DNA from: a virus | Lineage: Duplodnaviria; Heunggongvirae; Uroviricota; Caudoviricetes | IMG/VR virus record: IMGVR_UViG_3300028832_002797 | Strand: one strand, 5' to 3' | DNA length: 64,000 nucleotides | Part shown: positions 45,036 to 54,697 of the stretch, in pieces | Layout of the letters: every line of letters begins with the position of its first letter | Numbering within the stretch: the stretch's first letter is position 1 | Program-made: the position numbers and the translations under genes | The notes under the pieces: generated by a model | Database searches by the model: none | Told to the model about the DNA's origin: nothing | What the model saw: the letters and a program-made list of their open reading frames with translations, nothing else

Positions 45036-45758
45036 TTATTCTCCAATCATTTTCTTTAAATTCTGAACAGTGTCTTTATATGTTCCACCCGAACTGATAA
45101 GTTCAATCCAGGATGGGTCTAATTTCTGGGTCGTAAAACAAGCGCCAGTAGAAACTTCTTCTTCGAGTTCCGTATATTCAGGGTCCTTATATACTTTTAC
45201 TGAATCTGGCAGACGAACCAGATATGTATTCTTACCGTAAGCCCTCATGGCTTCAACTGTATAATAGACGTTATCCCAGAATTCGTACTTGTTCTTTACA
45301 TGAGCCGCAATTTCTTCAAGGCTCCAAAGATATACACGGCCTTCGTTATAAATCGGACCTACCTTGGTCGCATTCGGCTCTTCATCAGTCCATGCGTTTT
45401 CCTTATGCGGTCGGAATCCAATCTTCGAGAACACTTCGATATTTCTATGAGCTGCACGAAGGTACAAACCGTGGAACTGCTTTGCAAATTTCGAATCAGA
45501 CTTATATTCAGTCCTGGAATTTCTCAAAACAAGCGACCAGTCGCTATATGCACCGATTCTCCAGCCGTAGTTATCAAGAAGCTCGTCGAAACCCTTTACG
45601 GAGTAGTCAATCTTGTCGAAAATAGAAGGATCCATTTCGATTACGCTATCCGTCTCGTCGAGAACATAATGGGCAACGTCAATACCGAGTTTTCCCTTCA
45701 AGAACCCGACCAGCTGCTTAGGAGTGGTGGTATGTGTAAGAAATTCAACTAGACGCAT
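45036..45758 (-). CDS. hypothetical protein, paralog B (240 aa)
   Basis: Tandem paralog of 44220..45035. Stop and start directly adjacent. Confidence 0.45.
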   Translation of the reverse strand: MRLVEFLTHTTTPKQLVGFLKGKLGIDVAHYVLDETDSVIEMDPSIFDKIDYSVKGFDELLDNYGWRIGAYSDWSLVLRNSRTEYKSDSKFAKQFHGLYLRAAHRNIEVFSKIGFRPHKENAWTDEEPNATKVGPIYNEGRVYLWSLEEIAAHVKNKYEFWDNVYYTVEAMRAYGKNTYLVRLPDSVKVYKDPEYTELEEEVSTGACFTTQKLDPSWIELISSGGTYKDTVQNLKKMIGE

Positions 45759-46090
45759 TCTTTACCTATAATCAACTTTATATTCTTCTTGATTTCATAT
45801 GTCAGTGAATCAGGAACTATTGGAAGAACCTTGATTGTACTGTCGTCGATAATCATTGTTACATGGCTATTTCCGAAAATGTAGTAGAAGTTGATTTCTG
45901 TTCCTCTGTCTTCCACTGATAATGAAAGTGCTTTGGTGTCTTTATTCTCGTTAGTCCTCGACATGATAACATTACGGTCGTGAATCGACTTGTTCATATC
46001 CGTAAAAACAGTCTTGACATTATTGTAATTAATTGATCGCCAGTTTATATTGTCGTTCATATCATATTTATAAGTGGACAAAAACTCCAT
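45749..46090 (-). CDS. hypothetical protein (113 aa)
   Basis: ORF track. Confidence 0.4.
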   Translation of the reverse strand: MEFLSTYKYDMNDNINWRSINYNNVKTVFTDMNKSIHDRNVIMSRTNENKDTKALSLSVEDRGTEINFYYIFGNSHVTMIIDDSTIKVLPIVPDSLTYEIKKNIKLIIGKECV

Positions 46091-46116
46091 TTTTATAAAT
46101 ATATCAGTGAGGATTT

Positions 46117-47382
46117 ATGAAATTAACAGAAGCTAAAAAAATACTTGCGGAATATGGATATTTGCTTAAAGAATATTCGCCGCATCAAGAAACATATAGC
46201 CATGACAGTGAAGGCTGGGATGAAGCCGAAAAGCGTTTTAAGGCCGGTGCAGACTTGGTAAAAAAGAAAATTGATTCTTTGGACCTCGAAATTACTTCTG
46301 AAAATATGTCAGAACCCGCACCGATGAATGATACATGGGATTATACCGTTAGGGCCAAATCTGATAATAAGTTGACTTATTATTTTTCATTCCATGAAAC
46401 TAAGCCAGAACGTCTTAAAGGAAAAGAAGATGTTAAAGGCGAGATGTATGATTACCGTTATTACGTATCTGTTGACGGTGCAATCAATAAGACTCTTTCG
46501 CCTGAAAAATCTTTTGAAAATTCTGTAGATTGTGCTAAAGAAATGATAAATGCTATTGATTCCGTGGTAAATATTGATACTTCTGGAGTAATTGCGATTG
46601 CTGATAAGATTAAAGATGAGTTAGACCCTTGGACTGCAAAGGGATATACAGTAAATGTTAAGATAAAAGAAGCAAATTATGGACATAATAAAGACTACGA
46701 AACATTCCTTGACATCATTGTACAAAAGAAACTCAGTGATGAAGTTAGGAAATATACATATCAGGGATTTTCTGAACATTTGGCTGTAGCTTTCACCATT
46801 AATGGTAAAACATTAAAATGGAATATTTCTGCTATAAGAGGACATTCTCCGGAAACAATTTCCGCTGATGAAGGTTCTCTTGATAAAATGACTGAATTGA
46901 TTCAGAAATATGTTCTTACAAAATATAATGAAATGCTGAGATCGATGAGCGATTCCAAGAAGCGTGCCAATACAGTCAAACCTGATAATTCCAATAAGAA
47001 GAAAGCGCAAGCCCGTCTTAAAGCACACATAGAGGACTTACTCGAAACCGATCTTATCGGTAATTTCGATAAGGCAGTAGAACTTAATAAGGATTACGTC
47101 AACGCCATAATCATGAAACCTGTTGCAGAAGCAGTAAATGATTATGTATATGATAATTACAGTGACGAAGACGGTAGCGTAGGTACTTGGGATGCTGATG
47201 ACGCTTGGGATTATTTCGATGATGACTTTGTTGGTTATATCGAAAAGGAATGGAACGGTAGTATTAAAGACTACTGTGATGAATCCGATATTACAACCCT
47301 TGACGAATTACAGGAAGATGTAAAAGAAAATTGGGATTGGGATAGACCACGCGAAAGTGCAGTTGAATATGACCCATATTAA
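46117..47382 (+). CDS. hypothetical acidic protein (421 aa), plus-strand gene divergent from 45749..46090
   Basis: ttttataaatatatcagtgaggatttATG upstream: a TATAAATA-like box plus SD GTGAGGA. Confidence 0.5.
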   Translation: MKLTEAKKILAEYGYLLKEYSPHQETYSHDSEGWDEAEKRFKAGADLVKKKIDSLDLEITSENMSEPAPMNDTWDYTVRAKSDNKLTYYFSFHETKPERLKGKEDVKGEMYDYRYYVSVDGAINKTLSPEKSFENSVDCAKEMINAIDSVVNIDTSGVIAIADKIKDELDPWTAKGYTVNVKIKEANYGHNKDYETFLDIIVQKKLSDEVRKYTYQGFSEHLAVAFTINGKTLKWNISAIRGHSPETISADEGSLDKMTELIQKYVLTKYNEMLRSMSDSKKRANTVKPDNSNKKKAQARLKAHIEDLLETDLIGNFDKAVELNKDYVNAIIMKPVAEAVNDYVYDNYSDEDGSVGTWDADDAWDYFDDDFVGYIEKEWNGSIKDYCDESDITTLDELQEDVKENWDWDRPRESAVEYDPY

Positions 47383-47402
47383 TAGTTAATAAATTATAAA
47401 AT

Positions 47403-47431
47403 AAAAACCGGTTAATTATAACCGGTTTTTA
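47403..47431. terminator. Bidirectional rho-independent terminator (aaaa-aaccggtt-aattat-aaccggtt-tttt) between convergent genes
   Basis: Palindromic 8-bp stems flanked by A-run and T-run. Confidence 0.7.
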
Positions 47432-47432
47432 T

Positions 47433-48578
47433 TTACTTGTCTCTTTTAACAAATATTGTGAACCCTAAGAACCCTATGAAATAAAGTAGGGCCAAAACTA
47501 GATATAACGTATTGTCAGTAAACATGTTTCCTAGAATAGGTCCTGCAATTCCAGCGAAACCCCAGGCACTTAGAGTCATCGAGTGAACCGTAGAAAGACA
47601 ACTACTTCCGAATCTCTTTGCAAGTAGGCTAGGAAGACAACTAAAGCCTCCGCCATAGTTCCATTCAATCATCAAAATACCAGCGACCAACAAAATTGGA
47701 TTCTGAGTATAGCATAGGAATGCACCCAGAATTCCGAGACTTGCAACCCAATGATATGCAGCCTTTCTTCCAATATAATCACTTGCCGTACTCATTCCGA
47801 AACGACCACCAACATTAGCGATAGCCGTTGCCGCCATGAGAGCCGCGATAGCCGTATATCCTGCATTCAGGAATAAACTCTTTTCTTGAGAAATCAAAGC
47901 GAGACCACATGTGATATTGATGAAGAACATAAACCAGACGGAAATATATTCCTTAGTCAAGAATTTTGCTTTAATCAGAGTTCGATACGGAATAGCCGTA
48001 TATTTTGTAGAAATATATGCAGGATTCGGTCTATATAACCAGGAAGAGAAAGACATTACTACAAGGAAAATCAGCCCCATGAGCAAGAATACGACCGGTA
48101 ACGAGAAATTAGCCAAAAGGCCTTCAATCATCGGAGCGGCGACGAACTTACCCATCCCAAAACCAGTAATAGCCAAACCAGAAGCTAGACCTTTATGATT
48201 AGAGAAATTTGACAGAAGCTGTTTTATAGGTGCCGTATATCCGATACCAGTTCCACATCCCATAAAGGAACATCCGATATAGTAAAGTGGAAGAAATCCA
48301 GTATATGTCGATAACGAAAGAAGCAAGAGACCGATTGTGAACAGAATAGTCGATACAACCGACATTCTCTTCGGGAACATCTCTACAAATCTTCCGAAAA
48401 CTGCTGCTCCCATGCCAAGGAAGAAAATAATCAGTGTAAAACCAATATCAGCCGAGAATTTCGAAATATCGAAAGTCTCCATGATATTCTTGGCATATTG
48501 TGAGTAGTTATAAACTGAACCTAAACTAACGGGTAATAAAATACCCGGAACTAAAATATTAAGAAATCGATTTGTCAT
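47433..48578 (-). CDS. Major facilitator superfamily transporter (12 TM, oxalate/formate antiporter-like)
   Basis: Twelve hydrophobic segments. MFS-like loop GMGAAVFGRFVEMFPKRM. Start moved to ATG 48576-48578 (track start is TTG). Confidence 0.6.
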   Translation of the reverse strand: MTNRFLNILVPGILLPVSLGSVYNYSQYAKNIMETFDISKFSADIGFTLIIFFLGMGAAVFGRFVEMFPKRMSVVSTILFTIGLLLLSLSTYTGFLPLYYIGCSFMGCGTGIGYTAPIKQLLSNFSNHKGLASGLAITGFGMGKFVAAPMIEGLLANFSLPVVFLLMGLIFLVVMSFSSWLYRPNPAYISTKYTAIPYRTLIKAKFLTKEYISVWFMFFINITCGLALISQEKSLFLNAGYTAIAALMAATAIANVGGRFGMSTASDYIGRKAAYHWVASLGILGAFLCYTQNPILLVAGILMIEWNYGGGFSCLPSLLAKRFGSSCLSTVHSMTLSAWGFAGIAGPILGNMFTDNTLYLVLALLYFIGFLGFTIFVKRDK

Positions 48579-48585
48579 TTTTATT

Positions 48586-49365
48586 TTACCGTGTCTTATA
48601 TCCAAAAGGCACCATTTCGGCCTTTATGAATTCTTTATATTTATTCAAACCAATTTCGTTAATTACCCAATTTTCATCGACTGGTTTTTTAAAATCATAG
48701 ACAGGTACACAGTCATATTTTGAGTGTTGATTGAATTTATAAAGATAATTCAGAAACATTGCAATGTCGGTATTGCAATAATCGATAAAATTCTGACATT
48801 CTGTTTTGGTAGCAAATCCGATATACTGATTTTTGAGTTTTAAGGCACTTTCGGGGACATTTTGGACTGGGGTGTATCTTTCCTTGGATAAAAGTGTACA
48901 CCAGTCCCAGGCTCGTCTATGGCCTCTTATATCGCTTAATTGAATATACCAGGTATTCTTCTTTCCCTGTTCAGTTCCAATAGTCTTTTTTCCGACCAAA
49001 TAGGCGTCAACAATCTTCGTTATTTCTTTATATTTCTCAGGATCTGAAAATCTGTTGAATCTGAGGTCATAAAGGTCAAGTTGCTTCTTGTCGAACTTGA
49101 AAATACCGACATCTGAGAAAAATTCGGCATCATCAAACTTTGCATCTCCGACGACAGTCTCAATACGACTGAAAGACTCGAATCTTTCGTTAAGAATCAA
49201 GATATGCTTGTTATTGATATTTTCCTTGATACGATGATTGTCGACAAAATCCGTAGGTACTAGCCAGACAGCGGAATCTGTAAACTTCTCACATTCCGAC
49301 ATTACTTTGAGGTAGAATTTTTCACCTTTACCAATATAAGGAGGATTTCCGATTATCGTAAACAT
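48586..49365 (-). CDS. N6-adenine DNA methyltransferase, C-terminal fragment (motif IV NPPY + target-recognition region)
   Basis: Begins MFTIIGNPPYIGK. The NPPY catalytic motif is at residues 7-10, so motifs X-I-II-III are missing from this ORF. Confidence 0.6.
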   Translation of the reverse strand: MFTIIGNPPYIGKGEKFYLKVMSECEKFTDSAVWLVPTDFVDNHRIKENINNKHILILNERFESFSRIETVVGDAKFDDAEFFSDVGIFKFDKKQLDLYDLRFNRFSDPEKYKEITKIVDAYLVGKKTIGTEQGKKNTWYIQLSDIRGHRRAWDWCTLLSKERYTPVQNVPESALKLKNQYIGFATKTECQNFIDYCNTDIAMFLNYLYKFNQHSKYDCVPVYDFKKPVDENWVINEIGLNKYKEFIKAEMVPFGYKTR

Positions 49366-49784
49366 TTTAAATTACTTTCAGTTTCAAGATTGGAAGCAAG
49401 TTTCAAAAAGTCCGCGTCCGTATTTATGGTTATTGACCAGTCCCTGCATTGAACTATATCGTTTCGTTTGAAAACGACATCACATACTTCTGGCATGATG
49501 TCATAAACTGGTTTTTCACGTGTATTATAAATCGCTTCATACTTTTTGGAGCAAATACCGATTCCAGCATACATGTTGGGAAATTTGAACATTCCCCAGA
49601 CACATGGACGTCGACCAAGATTGTCTGTATAATCCTGACTTGAAAAATGACAAATAAGCGGAAGCTGATGATAATACACTGACTTCTTTATTTTTTCATT
49701 ACCTCTTAGAATGGTAATTTTGATTTTATTTTTATTTAAGAACACACTCAGTCTCCAAATTGTGAATAAATTTTTGAAATGCAT
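49353..49784 (-). CDS. small protein, paralog 1 of 3 inserted between the methyltransferase fragments
   Basis: Shared C-terminal block RNDIVQCRDWSITINTDADFLKLASNLETESNL with the next two genes. Confidence 0.45.
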   Translation of the reverse strand: MHFKNLFTIWRLSVFLNKNKIKITILRGNEKIKKSVYYHQLPLICHFSSQDYTDNLGRRPCVWGMFKFPNMYAGIGICSKKYEAIYNTREKPVYDIMPEVCDVVFKRNDIVQCRDWSITINTDADFLKLASNLETESNLKCLR

Positions 49785-50061
49785 AATTAGAATCTAATTT
49801 AATTGTCCATCCACGACATGAAACGGTATCGCCTTTAAAAAACTCTGCAGCCTTGATATAAAATGGTAGAGTTCCAGCTATGAATTCTTTATATTCATCT
49901 TTATACAATATTACAAACTTGACATAATTACCATTATTGTCATACCAGCTAAGACAGGTATTATCTATCTTCGAATAACAAACATAGAAAGCTTTTGATT
50001 TGTTTTTACGTTTAATCCGAACCTTTATTGCTCCAGGTACATATTTTTTACTGCAATACAC
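49732..50061 (-). CDS. small protein, paralog 2 of 3
   Basis: GDTVSCRGWTIKLDSNYAFQKFIHNLETECVLK. Confidence 0.45.
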   Translation of the reverse strand: MYCSKKYVPGAIKVRIKRKNKSKAFYVCYSKIDNTCLSWYDNNGNYVKFVILYKDEYKEFIAGTLPFYIKAAEFFKGDTVSCRGWTIKLDSNYAFQKFIHNLETECVLK

Positions 50062-50482
50062 TTTCCATCTCCAAATTGTTTACAAGTCTGTCAATATCGC
50101 CGCTAGTTTTGATTTCAAGTGTCCAAGTAGGAAATACAACAGTATCTCCACGCTTGATAATATATGTTGCATGGTCTGGAGATAACAAACCATAAAAATA
50201 CCCAGTATTACTTCTATCGATTTCACTTACTGGAATATACTGTACACCAATGGCATATTTTTCCTCTGGCGGAATATTACCATGTGGTGTACCCATCATT
50301 AACATGTTTAAATAATCCATAGTGTCTCGCCATCTTTCGGTCAAATCTGGATTATATTTTTTACTAGTGTAAACTTCCATTCTAAACCAGGGCGCATATT
50401 CGACCCTGCTTGAATGTCCGTTTCTAATTACAGTAAACAAAATAGGCTTTGCATGATTTTCAGTAGTATCGATAGAACTCAT
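50048..50482 (-). CDS. small protein, paralog 3 of 3
   Basis: GDTVVFPTWTLEIKTSGDIDRLVNNLEMESVLQ. Confidence 0.45.
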   Translation of the reverse strand: MSSIDTTENHAKPILFTVIRNGHSSRVEYAPWFRMEVYTSKKYNPDLTERWRDTMDYLNMLMMGTPHGNIPPEEKYAIGVQYIPVSEIDRSNTGYFYGLLSPDHATYIIKRGDTVVFPTWTLEIKTSGDIDRLVNNLEMESVLQ

Positions 50483-50490
50483 TTGGCCTC

Positions 50491-50943
50491 CTAAGAAACG
50501 AATTCGGCAAATCCGCTATTTTCAATTTTTGTTTCATCGACTTCTTCTTTAGGTTTCCAGTTTTCAAAATCCCATTTAAAGAAATCAGCACATACAATAT
50601 TTTTGTTTACAATTTTACTGTATTTAGGTCCAACAATTTCAAGAATTCTTTGAACACACAAATCTCTGTTATCCTGCATCAATTCAACACCGTAAAGTGT
50701 CTTTACTGCATCTTCAACTGAAATTCCAGAAGCAAGACGTTTTTCAAGCATACGAACAAGGATATTTCCAGAACCAGCTGTAGGATCCAAAAATGTGGCT
50801 TTAGGGTCTTTCCATTTTTCTTCAGGAATTTTAGCAATCATTTGGTCAATAACTGCAAATGGGGTAAATACTTCACCATTCTTGGTGATACGTTCTTTAG
50901 AACGCTGAATTCCATCATTAGTAGTAAATAATTCTTTAACCAT
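50491..50943 (-). CDS. N6-adenine DNA methyltransferase (gamma class), N-terminal fragment (motifs X, I, II, III)
   Basis: Motif X GEVFTP, motif I LDPTAGSGNIL, motif II LYGVELMQDNRD and motif III IVCADFFKWDF. Terminates about 20 aa after motif III, before NPPY. Start moved to ATG 50941-50943. Confidence 0.6.
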   Translation of the reverse strand: MVKELFTTNDGIQRSKERITKNGEVFTPFAVIDQMIAKIPEEKWKDPKATFLDPTAGSGNILVRMLEKRLASGISVEDAVKTLYGVELMQDNRDLCVQRILEIVGPKYSKIVNKNIVCADFFKWDFENWKPKEEVDETKIENSGFAEFVS

Positions 50944-50956
50944 AATATTAAACCTT

Positions 50957-51760
50957 TTAATCACCTATAATAGATTTATAAGTATTTTCCCAAAAAGTTT
51001 TATTTTGATTTTTATTATTTGGACAACCCAAATATTTTAATAAATCATCTTCATCAATTTTATCAAATGCTTGTGAACCTATAGCACTTGTAATAGAATC
51101 TGATACCTTTGTTGTAGTAACAATAAGTGCTCTACGATTTACATTTAAACCCCAATCAATCCATTCATCTTTTGTTAATTGACCATCACGAAATAATGTA
51201 CGAACACGTTCATCAGTTAATGCTACGGCTTTTGTAATTTGGTCATTCCATTTAACTGATTTTTCAAAACGATATTTAACTTGAACACCAATAAAAAATT
51301 TACTATTATTTCCTTTAGCGGCATGTTTTAACCATCCATCTACACCTGCATCTTCTTTACTATTTCCAACCCATTCACTAAATGTATATTTATTAGTAAA
51401 TGGATGGCAATTCTGAGAAAACATATTACCAGCAATAATTTCCATAATATTGCCTTGCCATTTCCATTGTAAATTCTGTAAAACTGCTTTTGTAAGTTTA
51501 GGAGCAACTTTATAATTTCTACCGTCAGTAAGAGAATTATCTTCAATTTTGAGTTCATTTATTAACTTTGTAGAATAACTCATAATTATTTCACGTAAAT
51601 AATCTGTAGAATTATAAAGATTATAACCTGTAGATTGCATAAAATTAAAAAATTCCAATGCAATTTTAGATGGCGACTGCATATAATGAATAATTCCGTT
51701 TTCACGTTTATGATACGGGTCAAGTGCTGCTGATGTAATTAATTCTTTAAAATTTGACAT
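50957..51760 (-). CDS. hypothetical protein, candidate PD-(D/E)xK restriction endonuclease partner
   Basis: D-x(n)-(E/Q)xK-like block VDGW...FFIGVQVKYR. Position immediately upstream of the methyltransferase. Weak. Confidence 0.3.
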   Translation of the reverse strand: MSNFKELITSAALDPYHKRENGIIHYMQSPSKIALEFFNFMQSTGYNLYNSTDYLREIIMSYSTKLINELKIEDNSLTDGRNYKVAPKLTKAVLQNLQWKWQGNIMEIIAGNMFSQNCHPFTNKYTFSEWVGNSKEDAGVDGWLKHAAKGNNSKFFIGVQVKYRFEKSVKWNDQITKAVALTDERVRTLFRDGQLTKDEWIDWGLNVNRRALIVTTTKVSDSITSAIGSQAFDKIDEDDLLKYLGCPNNKNQNKTFWENTYKSIIGD

Positions 51761-51835
51761 ACATTATTCCTTTTTATATAATATAGAAAAACCATTTACT
51801 TTTGTAAATGGTTAAAATAAAACTATATATTGAAA

Positions 51836-52930
51836 TTACCATTGTTTCATAATTTCTTCCCATTCAGAACCGGGTACCGCATGTTCATCATCAATATAAC
51901 CATTAATATTAAAATAATCACAAAACATTTTAGTAGTCCAAGGTTTAGTATAATCATTAAAATATGGTAATTTTTCAGAATATACATGCGTATTAAATTT
52001 CCATAACCTATAATACCATATCATAAATCGATGGCAATAACAATCATAAAAATTATGTCGTTCTATTTCAGTATCAAATTCAAAATGTCCACCTTGATTA
52101 TTATATGCAGTTTTTTCATTCATTGGTACCGTTTGACATTGAATATTATATTCTTTACACATAATACAATCTAGTTCATTTGAATTACCGTGTATAGGAG
52201 CAACATCTAATTTAAATTGTTTATTTGGAATTTGATTTAAATAAAATTTCTTGGGACTATATGGTAACCAGTTTGATTGTTTAACTTTATTAATAATTTT
52301 TTTATTTAAAGGTGTTTCCATATCATAATTGAAACCGCCATTTCCACAAACATAAATACCTAAATTTATTGTAAATTTTGCACCAACAAAAATTTTATTT
52401 GCGGTATCGGCGTCAATAATTTGAAGGGTTTCAATTTTTTTACTAATAAATTCTTCAAATTTATTATAATCTGAAGATTTAATATATTTTGCAAAAGGAT
52501 CTTGTAACCAACGTATAGGACTAATATTAACTACTTTATCACATAAAGGAATAACTTTACTTAAAATTTTTAAATGTAAACTTCCATCATATGGTGGGTT
52601 CATAATTGCAACATCAAATTTCATATTAATTCCTTTTAACCAGTTTAACCAAGCATTACTATCTGTAATAATGTTACCTTTTTTATCAACTGATGTATTT
52701 ATGAGAATAACAGCATCGTCATTACCAAAATTAATATTTCGAATAACAACTAATCTAAATTTTTCTTCTGCTTCTGGATCATCTGTAACAAATAAAACTT
52801 TATTATTCTTTGCTAAAAATACAGCAGTATACCAGTCACGAATAACTAAAACGGTTTTATTAGAAATTTTGCCTAGTTTTGAAACTAACATATTAGTAAA
52901 AACTGTAGGTATTTTAGCTTGATATTTCAT
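51836..52930 (-). CDS. NPPY-motif DNA methyltransferase-like protein (motif I not identified)
   Basis: FDVAIMNPPYDGSLHLK catalytic-type motif IV around residue 100. Confidence 0.4.
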   Translation of the reverse strand: MKYQAKIPTVFTNMLVSKLGKISNKTVLVIRDWYTAVFLAKNNKVLFVTDDPEAEEKFRLVVIRNINFGNDDAVILINTSVDKKGNIITDSNAWLNWLKGINMKFDVAIMNPPYDGSLHLKILSKVIPLCDKVVNISPIRWLQDPFAKYIKSSDYNKFEEFISKKIETLQIIDADTANKIFVGAKFTINLGIYVCGNGGFNYDMETPLNKKIINKVKQSNWLPYSPKKFYLNQIPNKQFKLDVAPIHGNSNELDCIMCKEYNIQCQTVPMNEKTAYNNQGGHFEFDTEIERHNFYDCYCHRFMIWYYRLWKFNTHVYSEKLPYFNDYTKPWTTKMFCDYFNINGYIDDEHAVPGSEWEEIMKQW

Positions 52931-52997
52931 AGAGTATAAACCTTAATTGCTATATGTAATATAGCAAATTATACTTAAACCGTAAACCCTGTTTTGT

Positions 52998-54605
52998 CTA
53001 AAAAATCATCAATGCTTTATTAAGTTCCTCTTCATTAAGATAAGTATTAACAAGTTCCGGATATTTTTCATTCCATAATTCAGTATATTTTGTAGCCGCA
53101 TTAATTTTTGCTATAGTATCAGAACCTGACATAATTTCTTTAAGTTCACCAATTTCATTTGCAATAATACTCCATTTATCAAAATCAGTTTTCATCGATT
53201 TTACATAAACATCAAGATCTTTGTATTTTGTAAAAATATTATTTACAATATTACCATCTTCTGGAAAAGGAGGGTCATCATTATCAGCAGAACCATCATT
53301 TTGGTCTTCAACAATTCCGCCGAAATCAAATGTACCACCAGTAATATCTGCAAGGTTTTTCAAAAAATCAATCATATTATCAGCAATACCTGTTTCAGTT
53401 ATTGCATAAAGATTAAAATCAACTTTACCTTGAGATTTACGACAACCGCGACTTACTGCTTGATATAAAGATGCATCAGATTTTTGACATGCAATAAGAA
53501 CACTATTAAGTTCTGGAAGGTCAATACCTTCAGTAAGCATAAATGCATTTAAAATAATTTTTTCGTTTTTATCATTTCGAATAATTTCAAGTATTTCTGC
53601 TTTCGTATATTTTTTATTATTATTATAATCATTGCCATTTACACGTAGGCAAGCCTTATATTTTTTTTCGTCAATAGCAATATCCTTATCTGAAATAATT
53701 TCATAAATATTAACATTTCGAATTGCTTTTCTTTTAAGATTATTTTTAACTTCATTAAGTTGTTTACCAACCATAGCCACTGCATCAACACTAGGTAAAA
53801 ATACAATAAGATTTGTATTTTCTTTACGTGATTTACGACAATGTTTAACAGTACGAATAACAAGATTTGTATATGCAAGATCATTAAGATTTGCATAATC
53901 TTTTACTTCCATACCAAAAAAACGCGGTTTTACAATATAACTAGCTTTAACTGCTTCAGCAAAATTACAATGATAAATAGTTGTTAAATTATTAGTAAGA
54001 TATTTACCAGGTGTTGCAGTAAAGAAATAATATTTTTTATTATTGCCGTTCATTGCAGCTTGAACAGTTTTTACTAAAGAATCACTAAATTCTTTATGGG
54101 CTTCATCATGTACATAAAGATCAACTTTACTAAGAATATTATTTGCTAATGCATCCAAACCATTTTTATGAAGCGTATCATGATGTTTTACATAATCAAT
54201 AATAGATGCCGTAGTAGTAAAATAAATTACATGTTCAGGCATACCAGTAGCCATTTCATCCGCACCTTTCTGTTTAAGAGAATTATCTCCTTCAGAATTA
54301 AGCATAATAAGTTTAACATTATGCTCAGTAAAAAAGTTATTAGTTAAACTATTAAAATTATTCTTAACTTGTGCTTCAAGAAGTAAACGATGGCAAACCC
54401 AAATACCTTTAAATTTTCTTCCTTCTTTTTCTGCATTAAGAATTTCACGAACAAAAGTAAAAACTTGAATCCATGTTTTACCAACACCGCAAGCAATTTC
54501 AAGTAATCCATGATTGTTATCCCACATTGCATCAATAGCTTCAAACTGTGCAATACGCGGAGTTTTTGCCATAATTTTAATCATAGATTCAGATACTTTA
54601 GCCAT
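52998..54605 (-). CDS. Superfamily-2 DEAH-box helicase/ATPase (restriction Res-/UvsW-like)
   Basis: Motif I CGVGKT, motif II VHDEAH, motif III FTATP and motif VI QAVSRGCRK. Very AT-rich coding sequence. Confidence 0.65.
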   Translation of the reverse strand: MAKVSESMIKIMAKTPRIAQFEAIDAMWDNNHGLLEIACGVGKTWIQVFTFVREILNAEKEGRKFKGIWVCHRLLLEAQVKNNFNSLTNNFFTEHNVKLIMLNSEGDNSLKQKGADEMATGMPEHVIYFTTTASIIDYVKHHDTLHKNGLDALANNILSKVDLYVHDEAHKEFSDSLVKTVQAAMNGNNKKYYFFTATPGKYLTNNLTTIYHCNFAEAVKASYIVKPRFFGMEVKDYANLNDLAYTNLVIRTVKHCRKSRKENTNLIVFLPSVDAVAMVGKQLNEVKNNLKRKAIRNVNIYEIISDKDIAIDEKKYKACLRVNGNDYNNNKKYTKAEILEIIRNDKNEKIILNAFMLTEGIDLPELNSVLIACQKSDASLYQAVSRGCRKSQGKVDFNLYAITETGIADNMIDFLKNLADITGGTFDFGGIVEDQNDGSADNDDPPFPEDGNIVNNIFTKYKDLDVYVKSMKTDFDKWSIIANEIGELKEIMSGSDTIAKINAATKYTELWNEKYPELVNTYLNEEELNKALMIF

Positions 54606-54697
54606 ATTTATTCCTTAATCTTATGTATATAATATAGCAAATAGGTTAACCATTGTCAACCTATAAAATTATTAATATAATTGATAGAAACTAAAAA

